The notes: a model not told the origin generated them from the letters alone. 33,611 nt of DNA from Caldisericota bacterium (GCA_013152825.1 JAADFP010000045.1:1-33611); one strand, 5' to 3'. Positions 18,696 through 28,026 are shown, counted from the stretch's first letter. Made by a program: numbers and translations.

Positions 18696-21053
18696 TTACT
18701 GCCTTATCTCGATACCTTCTTGAGAAAGTCTCTTTTTGATTTTTGCCATAATTTTCTCGCCCTCTTTGTCGGTAAGGGTACCCGATTTTTTCTGAAAAAT
18801 AAGCGAATAGGTAAAACTCTTGAAACCTTTGGGAATTGGCTTCCCGCGGTACAGATTGAAGAGATACACATCTTTAAGTAATTCTCCTGCGCTTTCCCGG
18901 ATTAATTGTTCCACTGCCTGGCAGGGTATTTCTTCCTTTAATACCAGAGAAAGGTCTCTTTTAAGGGGAGGAAATTTGGGCAATTCTTCGTATCTCTTAG
19001 GAAGAATTTTATCGGCTAATTGATGTACGTAAACTTCCCAGAGGAAAAGAGGCACGTCTAAATCCAGTCTATCCCGCACTTCCTCTTTTAATTCTCCTAT
19101 AATTCCGGCCTCTTTATCACCTACTTTCAATGCCAGAGCTGGTTCTAACAAGGGATTGCACACTTCTTCCCAGTGAAAATCTTCTCCCCATTCCTCCCAT
19201 AATCTTTCTACTATTCCCTTTGCCTGGAATAAGTCAGATTGAATATCTGATGCCTTCCAGCCCCCCTTTTGCCAGATTCCTGCCAGTAAACCGCCTGCAT
19301 GGTACTCTTCCCGGAAAACATTTCTCTTTTTCATATACACCTTGCCTACTTCAAACATTTTCAGGTCGTGGTTACCGCGGCTAAGATTTGTCATGCCTAC
19401 CTGGATAAGTCCAGGAAGAAGAGAGAACCTCATGATTTCCCATTCGCCACTCAACGGATTGTCCATCCGAATTGTATCTGAAGGAAGCGGGAAATTTAAT
19501 TTTGTGATAATCTCAAGGGGAACAAAGGAATAGTTTAGCACCTCCCACAAACCCATACTAAGAAGAATGTTTCTGATCTTATCTATTTTCTCTTCTTCCT
19601 CATTTCGGTAAAAGGGAGGCGTTCCACCCTCTGGCAAAGTAGAAGGGAAATTGTCATAGCCATGTATGCGGGCTATTTCTTCTATCAAGTCAATTTCCTG
19701 CTCTATATCGTAGCGAAAAGAAGGGACACTAACCTGCACACCCTTCTTCTCTTTCTTACAGATAAACCCCAAGCGAGACAGAATCCTTTCATAGTCAGGA
19801 ATCCCTTTTCCCAGGATTTTACCCACTCTTTCCGGTCTCAAGCTTACCTGTTTCTCTTCTAATCCTTTCTTTTTTACATCTACAAATCCTTTAAGTGGTT
19901 TCCCCTCTGCAAACTTACCTATGAGATAAGCTGCCCTATCTGAGGCAATGGCAGACATACCCCAATCCACCCCTCTTTCAAACCTATAGGAGGACTCGCT
20001 TACCAATCCGTAACGACGGGAAGTCTTTCTTATGCTTTGGGGCTGAAAGCAGGCACTTTCCAATAAAATGTTTCTGGTAGTCTGGGAAATCTCGCTTTCT
20101 TCGCCTCCCATTACCCCGGCCAGGGCTACTGGTTTTTCCCCGTCGGCAATTACCAGGTCTTCGGGGGAAAGGCCCCTGCTTACTCCATCCAGGGTAATCA
20201 GCGTCTCCGAAGGATTAGCCTTCCTTATTAAGATCTTTCTGCCTTTAATTTTATCCATATCAAAGGCATGGAGAGGCTGCCCCAGCTCCAACATCACATA
20301 ATTTGTTACATCAACAATGTTATTTATACTTCTTATATCACAGAGTTTAAGCCGCCAGCGAATCTTTAAAGGACTTTCTTTTACCCTGGCATTTTCAATT
20401 ATCCTAAGAGTATAACGCGGGCATAATTCTGGCTCTTTCACTTCTACTTCTACTTTCTTAGCAGGATGTTCAATCTCCTCTATAAGATACTCCGGCATTT
20501 TAAACTCTTCACCGGTGAGTGCTCTTATTTCCCGAGCAATCCCCAGGACACTCAAACAATCCCCGCGGTTTGGCGTTACACTTATGTCCAGGACCCAGTC
20601 TTCCAGGCCAAGTGAAGTATAAATTTCTTCCCCTACCCTGGTCTCAGGGGGAAGTATCCAGATGCCGGAAGCATCTTCCCCTACGGCAAGTTCTTTCTCT
20701 GAGCACAACATTCCTGTAGACTCTACCCCCCGGATTTTTCTCTTCTCAATTTTCATTCCTCCAGGAAGCACCGCTCCTACCAATGCCAGGGGTGACTTAA
20801 TTCCTTCCCGCACATTGGGTGCCCCGCAAACAACCTGTACCTTTTCTTTCCCGGTAAATACTTCGCAAACGCTCAGTTTATCAGCATTGGGATGAGGAGA
20901 TACCTTAAGTACCTCTCCTACTATGACTGAAGGAAGTTTAATCTCTTCTACTTCCTCAATTTCCAACCCCAAAGAAGTAAGCTTGTCGGCTAACTCAGGC
21001 GCAGAAAAAGGAATATCTATAAACTCCTTCACCCAGTGGTAAAGAATTTTCAT
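18696..21053 (-). CDS. pheT: phenylalanine--tRNA ligase beta subunit
   Basis: 785 aa with an N-terminal tRNA-binding (OB) domain, B3/4 and B5 domains and a C-terminal anticodon-binding domain; ATGA overlap with fabG. Confidence 0.97.
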   Translation of the reverse strand: MKILYHWVKEFIDIPFSAPELADKLTSLGLEIEEVEEIKLPSVIVGEVLKVSPHPNADKLSVCEVFTGKEKVQVVCGAPNVREGIKSPLALVGAVLPGGMKIEKRKIRGVESTGMLCSEKELAVGEDASGIWILPPETRVGEEIYTSLGLEDWVLDISVTPNRGDCLSVLGIAREIRALTGEEFKMPEYLIEEIEHPAKKVEVEVKEPELCPRYTLRIIENARVKESPLKIRWRLKLCDIRSINNIVDVTNYVMLELGQPLHAFDMDKIKGRKILIRKANPSETLITLDGVSRGLSPEDLVIADGEKPVALAGVMGGEESEISQTTRNILLESACFQPQSIRKTSRRYGLVSESSYRFERGVDWGMSAIASDRAAYLIGKFAEGKPLKGFVDVKKKGLEEKQVSLRPERVGKILGKGIPDYERILSRLGFICKKEKKGVQVSVPSFRYDIEQEIDLIEEIARIHGYDNFPSTLPEGGTPPFYRNEEEEKIDKIRNILLSMGLWEVLNYSFVPLEIITKLNFPLPSDTIRMDNPLSGEWEIMRFSLLPGLIQVGMTNLSRGNHDLKMFEVGKVYMKKRNVFREEYHAGGLLAGIWQKGGWKASDIQSDLFQAKGIVERLWEEWGEDFHWEEVCNPLLEPALALKVGDKEAGIIGELKEEVRDRLDLDVPLFLWEVYVHQLADKILPKRYEELPKFPPLKRDLSLVLKEEIPCQAVEQLIRESAGELLKDVYLFNLYRGKPIPKGFKSFTYSLIFQKKSGTLTDKEGEKIMAKIKKRLSQEGIEIRQ

Positions 21054-21790
21054 ATAGCCATTCCTCCATCCACTCTTACCACTTCTCCAGTAATATAAGA
21101 AGAAAGAGGGGAGGAAAGGAAAAATACCGAGTCCGCCACTTCCTCCGGCAACCCTATCCTATCCATGGGGATATCGGCTAACATCTTCTCCCTGGCTTGA
21201 GGAGAAAGTTTTTCTGTCATGGCACTCTGAATAAACCCGGGGGCCACCGCATTGACCCTTATCCCCCAGCGAGCCAGCTCCTTGGCTAAGGACTTGGTAA
21301 AAGCAATTAACCCTCCCTTTGAAGCTGAATAGTTTGCCTGGCCTGTATTTCCAATCATTCCCACCACGGAAGCAATATTCACTATGCAGCCTTCTTTTTG
21401 CTTCATCATTACCTTCACCACACATCGAGAACAGTTAAAGGCACCCTTTAAATTAATCTCTATGACCTGGTCCCATTCTTCTTCCCTCATGCGAACGAGC
21501 AGATTGTCCCTGGTAATACCAGCGTTATTCACCAGGATATGAATGTTTCCAAACTTCTCCTTTACTTCCGAGACACACTTCTCTACCTGGGCAAAATTCC
21601 TTATATCAACTTCCCAGAATCCAAAGTTGACTCCTTTCTTTTCTATTTCGCCAGATAGGGCAGCTCCCTCCTGAATATCAAAGACAGCAATATCCGCACC
21701 CTCCTCTGCCAGTTTCAATGCAATAGCTTTGCCTATTCCCCTGGCTCCACCGGTAATTAAAGCTACGCGATTCTGCAAAATTCTCACCAT
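21050..21790 (-). CDS. fabG: 3-oxoacyl-ACP reductase
   Basis: 246-aa SDR; TGGARGIG, NNAG and YSASKGG motifs. Confidence 0.93.
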   Translation of the reverse strand: MVRILQNRVALITGGARGIGKAIALKLAEEGADIAVFDIQEGAALSGEIEKKGVNFGFWEVDIRNFAQVEKCVSEVKEKFGNIHILVNNAGITRDNLLVRMREEEWDQVIEINLKGAFNCSRCVVKVMMKQKEGCIVNIASVVGMIGNTGQANYSASKGGLIAFTKSLAKELARWGIRVNAVAPGFIQSAMTEKLSPQAREKMLADIPMDRIGLPEEVADSVFFLSSPLSSYITGEVVRVDGGMAI

Positions 21791-21832
21791 ATCCCTCCTC
21801 CCTATTTTGTTACGTCTTACATTTATACTGCT

Positions 21833-22759
21833 TTATTCAACCTGAAGCAATTTGATAGCCTCTTCCAGTGATCTTAGGGTATCAGTGGTCAAAATCTTAC
21901 GCTCTTTTAGTGTTCTCTTTACCAGTCCTCCCAGTACTTTTCCCGGCCCCATTTCCACAAAGGTATCCACCCCCTTTTCTCCCAGGTAAGATACAGATTC
22001 TTCCCATCTAACCGGGTAAGTAAGCTGAAGAGTAAGGTTCTCCTTGATTTTTTCTGGTTCATTTTCTTCTCGCGCCGTAACATTAGAAATTACGGGGAAA
22101 CGGGGAGAACTCAACTGAAGATTGTTGAGTCTTTTCGTAAATTCACCGGCTGCCTCTTCCATAAGGGGAGAATGGAATGCACCACTCACTTTCAGATATA
22201 TTACCCGCCGGGCACCGGATTCTCCCGCCAGTTCTGCTGCGTATTTCAAAGCATTTTCCTCTCCAGAAATTACTATCTGTCCAGGAGAATTATAATTAGC
22301 ACATACTACGATTCCTTTTGCTTGCGCCTTTCTCACTATTTCCTCTACTTTTTCTCTCTGCAGCCCTATGATAGCTGCCATAGTGCCTTTTTTGGCTCCA
22401 TCCATCAATTCAGCTCTTTTCTTTACCAGCTCCAATCCTTCTTCGAAAGAAAACACTTCACTGGCAGCAAGAGCAGTATATTCTCCCAGGGAGTGCCCCA
22501 TCACGTAATCAGGAAGTCTTCCTCCTTCTTCCTCCCAGACCTTGAATATTGCAAAACTGACCAGGTAAATAGCAGGTTGTGTAAATAACGTTCTTCCCAG
22601 ATTTTTTTCTTTCCCGGAGAAAATAAGGGTACGAATATCCCACCCCAGAATCTCTTCTGCCTTCTGGAATAGATTCTGCACCAGGGGGAATTTCTCATAA
22701 AATTCCCTGCCCATACCTATATATTGAGAACCTTGTCCCGGAAAGACGAATGCTACCAT
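21833..22759 (-). CDS. fabD: malonyl CoA-ACP transacylase
   Basis: FVFPGQGSQ, GHSLGEY and GAFHS motifs. Confidence 0.95.
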   Translation of the reverse strand: MVAFVFPGQGSQYIGMGREFYEKFPLVQNLFQKAEEILGWDIRTLIFSGKEKNLGRTLFTQPAIYLVSFAIFKVWEEEGGRLPDYVMGHSLGEYTALAASEVFSFEEGLELVKKRAELMDGAKKGTMAAIIGLQREKVEEIVRKAQAKGIVVCANYNSPGQIVISGEENALKYAAELAGESGARRVIYLKVSGAFHSPLMEEAAGEFTKRLNNLQLSSPRFPVISNVTAREENEPEKIKENLTLQLTYPVRWEESVSYLGEKGVDTFVEMGPGKVLGGLVKRTLKERKILTTDTLRSLEEAIKLLQVE

Positions 22760-23733
22760 CTTATTACACAGGCTCCCCAGGTAAGCCCGCCTCCAAAAGC
22801 ATCCAGGAGTATTAAATCACCCTCTTTTATCCTTCCTTCCCTTACTGCCTCATCCAGAGCAATGGGAATAGTAGAAGCAGAAGTGTTTCCATACTTGTGA
22901 ATGGTGATGAATACTTTATCCTCGGGAATACCTATTCTGCGTGCACATGCCTTCATAATCCTCCAGTTAGCCTGGTGAGGTATGAAAAGAGATATATCTT
23001 CCGGCTTAATGCCAGCTTCTTGAATAGCTTTCATTCCAGCTTCGGCAAGCACCCGTACCGCGATTTTGAACAATTCGTTACCTTTCATTTTCAAACAGTG
23101 TTTTTTATTTTTTACCGTTTCTACACTGGCAGGAAGTCGGGAGCCTCCTGCAGGCATGTAAAGTAAATGCCCAAACTCCCCGCTTGCCCCCAGGTTATAA
23201 GACAAGAGGTGTTTCTCCTTATCCGGCACAACCACACAGGCACCTGCTCCATCAGCCAGAAGAACACAGGTTCCCCTATCCTCCCAGTCAGTTATTTTGG
23301 AAAGGGTCTCGGAAGCCACCAAAAGAACCTTTTTGTACCTCCCCCCCCTTACTAATCCCTCCACAGTAGCCAGCCCGTAGAGAAAACCGGAACAAGCAGC
23401 CATGACATCAAATGCCGCCGCGTTTTTCGCCCCAATATTTTTTTGAATAAAACAAGCAGTGGAAGGAAAGAACATGTCCGGGGTTATGGTAGATACTACG
23501 ATGAGGTCAATTTCGGCAGGAGAAATGCCCGCCATTTTAAGCGCCCGGAGAGCCGCTTCTGTTCCCAGATCAGAAGTAGCCTGATACTCAGCAGCAATTC
23601 TTCTTTCCTTAATACCTGTTCTCTCGCGAATCCATTTATCAGAGGTATCTACTATTTTTTCCAGGTCAAAGTTTGTGAGAACTTTCTCTGGAAGATAGGA
23701 ACCTGTACCAACTATGCGAATTTCTGTATTCAA
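22753..23733 (-). CDS. fabH: 3-oxoacyl-ACP synthase III
   Basis: 326 aa; AACSGF active-site Cys, HQAN and GNTSAS motifs. Confidence 0.95.
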   Translation of the reverse strand: MNTEIRIVGTGSYLPEKVLTNFDLEKIVDTSDKWIRERTGIKERRIAAEYQATSDLGTEAALRALKMAGISPAEIDLIVVSTITPDMFFPSTACFIQKNIGAKNAAAFDVMAACSGFLYGLATVEGLVRGGRYKKVLLVASETLSKITDWEDRGTCVLLADGAGACVVVPDKEKHLLSYNLGASGEFGHLLYMPAGGSRLPASVETVKNKKHCLKMKGNELFKIAVRVLAEAGMKAIQEAGIKPEDISLFIPHQANWRIMKACARRIGIPEDKVFITIHKYGNTSASTIPIALDEAVREGRIKEGDLILLDAFGGGLTWGACVIRW

Positions 23734-24710
23734 GAGACAAACTCCTTCTCTATTTCCTTATTAATTCCTTTCTTGACTTCCCGGCAAGCTACCAGAATAC
23801 TATTTTTGATTCCCTCGGCAGGAGAAGCTCCATGGGTTATAATGCAATAACCTTTTACTCCCAGGAGTATCGCTCCCCCGTAATTCGAATAGTTCACTCT
23901 CTGGAAGAAATGCCCCAGCACCTTTTCAAGAGAGCCCTCTATTTCCCGGGAAATAGCCGATTTTCTCAAATACTCTTTTATATACATAGCCATGCTCTCT
24001 GCTACTCCTTCGCTACACTTCAAAACTATATTCCCTACAAAACCATCGCAAACCACAACATCTGCCTTGCCCCGAAAAATATCTCTTCCTTCGATATTTC
24101 CCACAAAATTCAGGTTTGACTTTTCAAATAATGGGTAAGCTGACTTTACCACACGGTTGCCTTTTGTACGCTCTTCGCCTATATTAAGTAATCCAACTTT
24201 GGGATTTTCTTTTTCCATCATTTTCCGTATATATATACTGCCTATTATCCCAAACTGCAGCAGTTCCTCCTCTCCGGCATCCACACATGCTCCCGCATCC
24301 AGAAGAAGAGTGAAATCAGAAGCAGTAGGAAGCAAAATAGCCAGTGTAGGTCTTTTTACCCCTTTTATTTTCCTTAAGAATATAGAAGCAGAAGCTACTG
24401 CCGCACCTGTATTACCCGCGGTGACCACTGCCTCTACTTTCTTTTCCTTAAGCAAACGAAAACATTTGACCATGGAGGAGTTTTTCTTTCGTCTTACTGC
24501 AGAGACGGGCTCTTCGTCCATCTGGATGACTTCCTCCGCGGGATATACGCTAAGGTTGGGCAAAGGATTTTTAGCAAGAAATTCCTCTATTATCTCCTGG
24601 TTTCCCACCAGGACTACTTCATCGGAAATTTCGGAGGCAGCTAAATATCCACCTTCCAGGATTACCTCCGGACCCCTGTCCCCTCCCATTACATCCAGAG
24701 CGATTCTCAT
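23730..24710 (-). CDS. plsX: phosphate acyltransferase PlsX
   Basis: MRIALDVMGGD..., TAGNTGA and GFVGNI motifs. Confidence 0.95.
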   Translation of the reverse strand: MRIALDVMGGDRGPEVILEGGYLAASEISDEVVLVGNQEIIEEFLAKNPLPNLSVYPAEEVIQMDEEPVSAVRRKKNSSMVKCFRLLKEKKVEAVVTAGNTGAAVASASIFLRKIKGVKRPTLAILLPTASDFTLLLDAGACVDAGEEELLQFGIIGSIYIRKMMEKENPKVGLLNIGEERTKGNRVVKSAYPLFEKSNLNFVGNIEGRDIFRGKADVVVCDGFVGNIVLKCSEGVAESMAMYIKEYLRKSAISREIEGSLEKVLGHFFQRVNYSNYGGAILLGVKGYCIITHGASPAEGIKNSILVACREVKKGINKEIEKEFVS

Positions 24711-24717
24711 TTGGCTA

Positions 24718-24894
24718 TTACTTCACTTCGATTACCTTTCTTCCACGATAGTAGCCACAATTTGGGCAGACCGTGTGAGAAGGCTTCATCTGGTGACAAT
24801 GAGAACACTCCACCAACATAGGCGTCTGCAGGTGATGGTGAGACCTTCTCATTCCTTTACGTGAATGCGAGGTTTTTCTCTTAGGTACAGCCAT
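24718..24894 (-). CDS. rpmF: 50S ribosomal protein L32 (below the ORF-track length cutoff)
   Basis: My translation of the minus strand gives [58 protein letters not shown]. It holds the canonical bL32 position upstream of plsX. Confidence 0.9.
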   Translation of the reverse strand: MAVPKRKTSHSRKGMRRSHHHLQTPMLVECSHCHQMKPSHTVCPNCGYYRGRKVIEVK

Positions 24895-25062
24895 TTTAAT
24901 TCTCCTTTCTGACTTTTCTGTCTATTATTCAGCCTTAAGTTTAACTCAAAATCGCTTTCTCTTCAAGATACAATTTGAAATATAAGAAAATCAGGTGAGT
25001 AAAATTTCTCCCTTTTATCGCATTTCTCAGGTATAATTATGAACAAAAAAGGAGGGAAGAAT

Positions 25063-25755
25063 ATGAAATTTAACAAAGTGCAACCGGGTGAAGTGGAGAT
25101 CCCAACTCCTCCTCTCCCGGATTTCAGGGCAAAAAAGATTGTTTTTATTGGAGATAGTATCACTGATACTGGAAGAAGGCAGGATTTTTACCCTTATGGA
25201 AAGGGCTACGTTTCAATTTTCCGAGACTTGCTCATTTCACTGTACCCGGAACAGAGCACAGAAATAATTAACAAAGGGATTAGTGGAGATAACATACCCG
25301 GGCTAAGAGAAAGATGGGAGGATGATGTTATTTCCCAGTCTCCTGACTGGCTATCCATACTTATCGGAATAAATGACCTACATCAAGCAGTCAGACACGG
25401 CTTGAGCGAGTTTGACCCGGAAAATTACTACCGGAATTATAAGGAATGTTTAGAGATCACCCAAAAAATGCTTTCTCCAAATATAATTCTTATTACACCT
25501 TTTTACATCAGCAGAGCCAATACCATGGATACTTTCCGTAAAAAAGTACTTGAGAGCATTCCTGCCTATATTGAAAAAGTAGAAAAACTAAGCAGAGAAT
25601 TCTCTACACTTTTCCTCAATCTCCACGAAATTTTCCAGGCCAAACTTGCCACTTACGAGCCAGAAACCTTTGCACCAGAGCCAATACATCCCAATCGTAC
25701 CGGACATACTGTAATAGCAGTAGAACTAATGAAGACATTAGGCTTAATAAAATAA
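25063..25755 (+). CDS. SGNH/GDSL family hydrolase
   Basis: IVFIGDSITD block I, GISGD block II and DLHQ-type blocks. I chose the ATG at 25063, after GGAGGG. Confidence 0.8.
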   Translation: MKFNKVQPGEVEIPTPPLPDFRAKKIVFIGDSITDTGRRQDFYPYGKGYVSIFRDLLISLYPEQSTEIINKGISGDNIPGLRERWEDDVISQSPDWLSILIGINDLHQAVRHGLSEFDPENYYRNYKECLEITQKMLSPNIILITPFYISRANTMDTFRKKVLESIPAYIEKVEKLSREFSTLFLNLHEIFQAKLATYEPETFAPEPIHPNRTGHTVIAVELMKTLGLIK

Positions 25756-25824
25756 ACAGCGAACGATAACCAATGAGAAATGGATGATTTATTTACCTGT
25801 GTCCAAAGATTTAAGTAAGGAAAG

Positions 25825-26532
25825 ATGGAGATAAAAGGTTTTATTCCTAATTCCCTGCTTGATTGGGAAGGATACATAGTTTCCACAATTTACCTGCCTT
25901 ATTGCAATTTTCGCTGTCCTTACTGCCAGAATCCTTCGCTGGTATTTTCTCCTAAATCTCTCTCCACCATCCCTTTTGAAGAATTGCAAAACTATTGGAA
26001 GAAAAACAAAAAATGGATAGACGGGGTATGTATTACCGGTGGCGAACCATGTCTTTATCGTAAACTTCCCGGGTTACTGCGGGAAATAAAAGATCTGGGG
26101 TTAAAAGTTAAGCTGGATACTAACGGCACATTTCCCCGCAGATTGGAAGAAGTAATCCAGGAGAAGCTCGTAGACTACATAGCCATGGATATCAAAGCCC
26201 CCTTGGATGTTGCTTCCTACCAGAAGTCTACGGGAATAAGGAGAGAATTCTACCTGGGAAGAATCGTAGAAAGCATTCAAATTATAAGAAATTCCGGCTT
26301 AGACTACGAGTTCCGTACTACCGTAGTCCCTACTCTGCATACAGAAAAAGACATCGAAGAAATCGCCAGTTATATCCAGGGTGCCAGGGCATACTACCTG
26401 CAGAATTTTGTGCCACGTGACACGCTCAACCCTGCTTATGAGAAAATTGCTCCCTACCCCCGGGAAAAGATAGAGAGCATTTGTAAAAGAATCGCGCATT
26501 ACGTGGTTAAGTGCGGAGTGAGAGGAAAATAA
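25825..26532 (+). CDS. radical SAM activase of the anaerobic ribonucleotide reductase activating (NrdG-like) family
   Basis: CNFRCPYC radical-SAM cluster motif near the N-terminus; GGEP; 235 aa; no nrdD lies adjacent in this window. Confidence 0.75.
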   Translation: MEIKGFIPNSLLDWEGYIVSTIYLPYCNFRCPYCQNPSLVFSPKSLSTIPFEELQNYWKKNKKWIDGVCITGGEPCLYRKLPGLLREIKDLGLKVKLDTNGTFPRRLEEVIQEKLVDYIAMDIKAPLDVASYQKSTGIRREFYLGRIVESIQIIRNSGLDYEFRTTVVPTLHTEKDIEEIASYIQGARAYYLQNFVPRDTLNPAYEKIAPYPREKIESICKRIAHYVVKCGVRGK

Positions 26533-26562
26533 AAATCTGTTTGAAAAGCAAAGAAGGAAGAA

Positions 26563-26891
26563 ATGCTACCAAGAGAAAAATTTATTTCTGCTCTGGAGCG
26601 TAAACCAATAGAAGGAAGGGTCCCCCACTTTGAACTTGTCTTTTACCTCACCATGGAGGCATTTGGGAAAGTACATCCAAGGCATAGAAACTATGACCAG
26701 TGGGAACAGATGAGCCAGGAAGAAAAAAAAGCTGCACCGGGAAGACATAGCAGAAATCTTTTGCCCTTAAACACGGCATGCCCGGCTACGGTTATATATT
26801 TTCCACTTCCAATTGCGTTTTGCCCTTGAAAAGGTACGAGTTGATGTTAGAAGTCTGGAGGAAGGAGGGGAATTACACAACCGGAGAGTAA
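26563..26891 (+). pseudogene. remnant of a second URO-D/MtaA-like gene (N-terminal ~55 aa joined to the C-terminal ~45 aa, with a frameshift)
   Basis: Frame 1 reads MLPREKFISALERKPIEGRVPHFELVFYLTMEAFGKVHP...QEEKK. After an A8 run (26723-26730) the sense continues in another frame (LHREDIAEIF). Frame 3 (26751-26891) then gives ..GYGYIFSTSNCVLPLKRYELMLEVWRKEGNY, a typical URO-D-family C-terminus. Confidence 0.55.
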
Positions 26892-26892
26892 A

Positions 26893-27375
26893 ATGAAAAG
26901 GAAACGGGTCATTTCTCTTCTCATCTACGCCATAGCCATGGCTTACGTGGAAGCTCTGGTAGTAGTTTACCTAAGAAAGCTTGTACCCCTGGAAATATGG
27001 GAAAAAGCCACCAGTTACCAGGACATAACCCGGCTCATCCAAAGAGTGGGTATTATGTGGAGCGAACAAACCAGGGAGTTTGCCACCATAGTAATGCTTG
27101 GTACTGTAGCTTACTTATTTGGAAGAAGTAAAAAGGAAAAGTGGGCAGGATTCCTGATTTCCTTTGGTGTATGGGACATTTTTTACTACATATTTCTTTA
27201 TCTCTGGATACAATGGCCTTCCTCTCTGCTCACTCAGGATGTACTTTTCCTCATTCCCCTGCCCTGGGTAGCACCGGTAATCGTTCCCATTACTATCTCT
27301 GTAATACTGATACTCTGGGGTAGCCTGCTTCTTATACCAATTTCACCTTTATCACAACATAGATTAGGAAAGTGA
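26893..27375 (+). CDS. hypothetical polytopic membrane protein
   Basis: 160 aa with 4-5 hydrophobic helices; no family recognised. Confidence 0.5.
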   Translation: MKRKRVISLLIYAIAMAYVEALVVVYLRKLVPLEIWEKATSYQDITRLIQRVGIMWSEQTREFATIVMLGTVAYLFGRSKKEKWAGFLISFGVWDIFYYIFLYLWIQWPSSLLTQDVLFLIPLPWVAPVIVPITISVILILWGSLLLIPISPLSQHRLGK

Positions 27376-27436
27376 TGAGCTGCTACCCATACTTGTGTCC
27401 CGGGGTGAAATTAGGATAAACTCTAAATCCTAAACT

Positions 27437-27481
27437 TCCCGAAAGAATCCCGGACCCCGATATTATATCGGGGCTTCGGGA
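27437..27481. other. nested GC hairpin module
   Basis: Outer stem TCCCGAA (27437-43) pairs with TTCGGGA (27475-81). Inner stem CCCCGATA (27455-62) pairs with TATCGGGG (27466-73), loop TTA. Confidence 0.6.
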
Positions 27482-27567
27482 CCAAAACCTAAATAAATCT
27501 AAATGCTCAAGCCCAAAACTTCTCCCAGGAAACCAACTAACTGCTTATCCACCTACTCCCCGGTAAC

Positions 27568-27603
27568 ATCGGGACAGGCAGGAATGACAGGGGGAGCTGG
27601 TAT
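27568..27603 (-). repeat. 36-nt exact repeat, copy 1 (inverted partner at 31597-31632)
   Basis: ATCGGGACAGGCAGGAATGACAGGGGGAGCTGGTAT is the exact reverse complement of 31597-31632. Confidence 0.95.
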
Positions 27604-28026
27604 CCTGCATCTTGTATCTTACTCACTTCCTAACTTATTCACTTACTCACTTTTTACTATCCTGCATTCTTCTCACTACTCCTTCCCTCGCTACTAACTA
27701 ATTCCCCACTATAATGTCTAATGTCTATGGTCTACAGTCTAACTCGTTGGTCGGTTGAGGTTGCGTAGCTCGAATCGTATATCGTTATTCGTCCACCGTC
27801 TTCCCCCACCATAAAATAGGAAGAATATTCTCTCCTTGTTCCTCTCTTCCTCCTTTTTGCCCCTTCCTCTTTTCCTCTATTCAATCCTGTCTATTGACTC
27901 CTGATGAAATCTTTGGGATTACCTCAGTTTTATGGAAGAGAAAATCCCATAGTTGTGTTAAAATTTGGGGGAAAGCGGAAGTAAAAGTTTCTGGAGTTTC
28001 TTGTGTTTAAACAGAAAGAATAGATA

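Larger units (their letters stand above)
27411..27955 (-). repeat. heptad-periodic modular intergenic element, locus C (modules inverted relative to loci B and D)
   Basis: 43 in-phase 7-mers across 27604-27904. Exact inverted matches to locus B (19 nt), locus A (17 nt) and locus D (36 nt), plus 12-nt direct matches to locus B. Confidence 0.85.

Noticed and set aside
24157-24864. 235-aa ORF antisense to plsX/rpmF. Similar long antisense ORFs occur at 8935-9507, 28632-29192, 30127-30741, 4524-4997, 16481-16912 and 2053-2475
   Set aside because: Each lies opposite a gene with unambiguous family motifs. Their products are Ser/Pro/Leu-rich and low in complexity, as expected for shadow ORFs of Lys/Glu-rich genes.
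27503-27697. 64-aa ORF (..SGQAGMTGGAGILHL..) inside intergenic locus C
   Set aside because: It lies wholly within the heptad/hairpin repeats, has no SD and has low-complexity composition. It is the kind of spurious ORF produced by translating GC hairpin repeats.
27376-28026. Possible CRISPR array or leader, because of repeated words in a long noncoding gap
   Set aside because: There are no 25-40-nt direct repeats with regular unique spacers, the unit length is 7 nt, and no cas genes are in the window.
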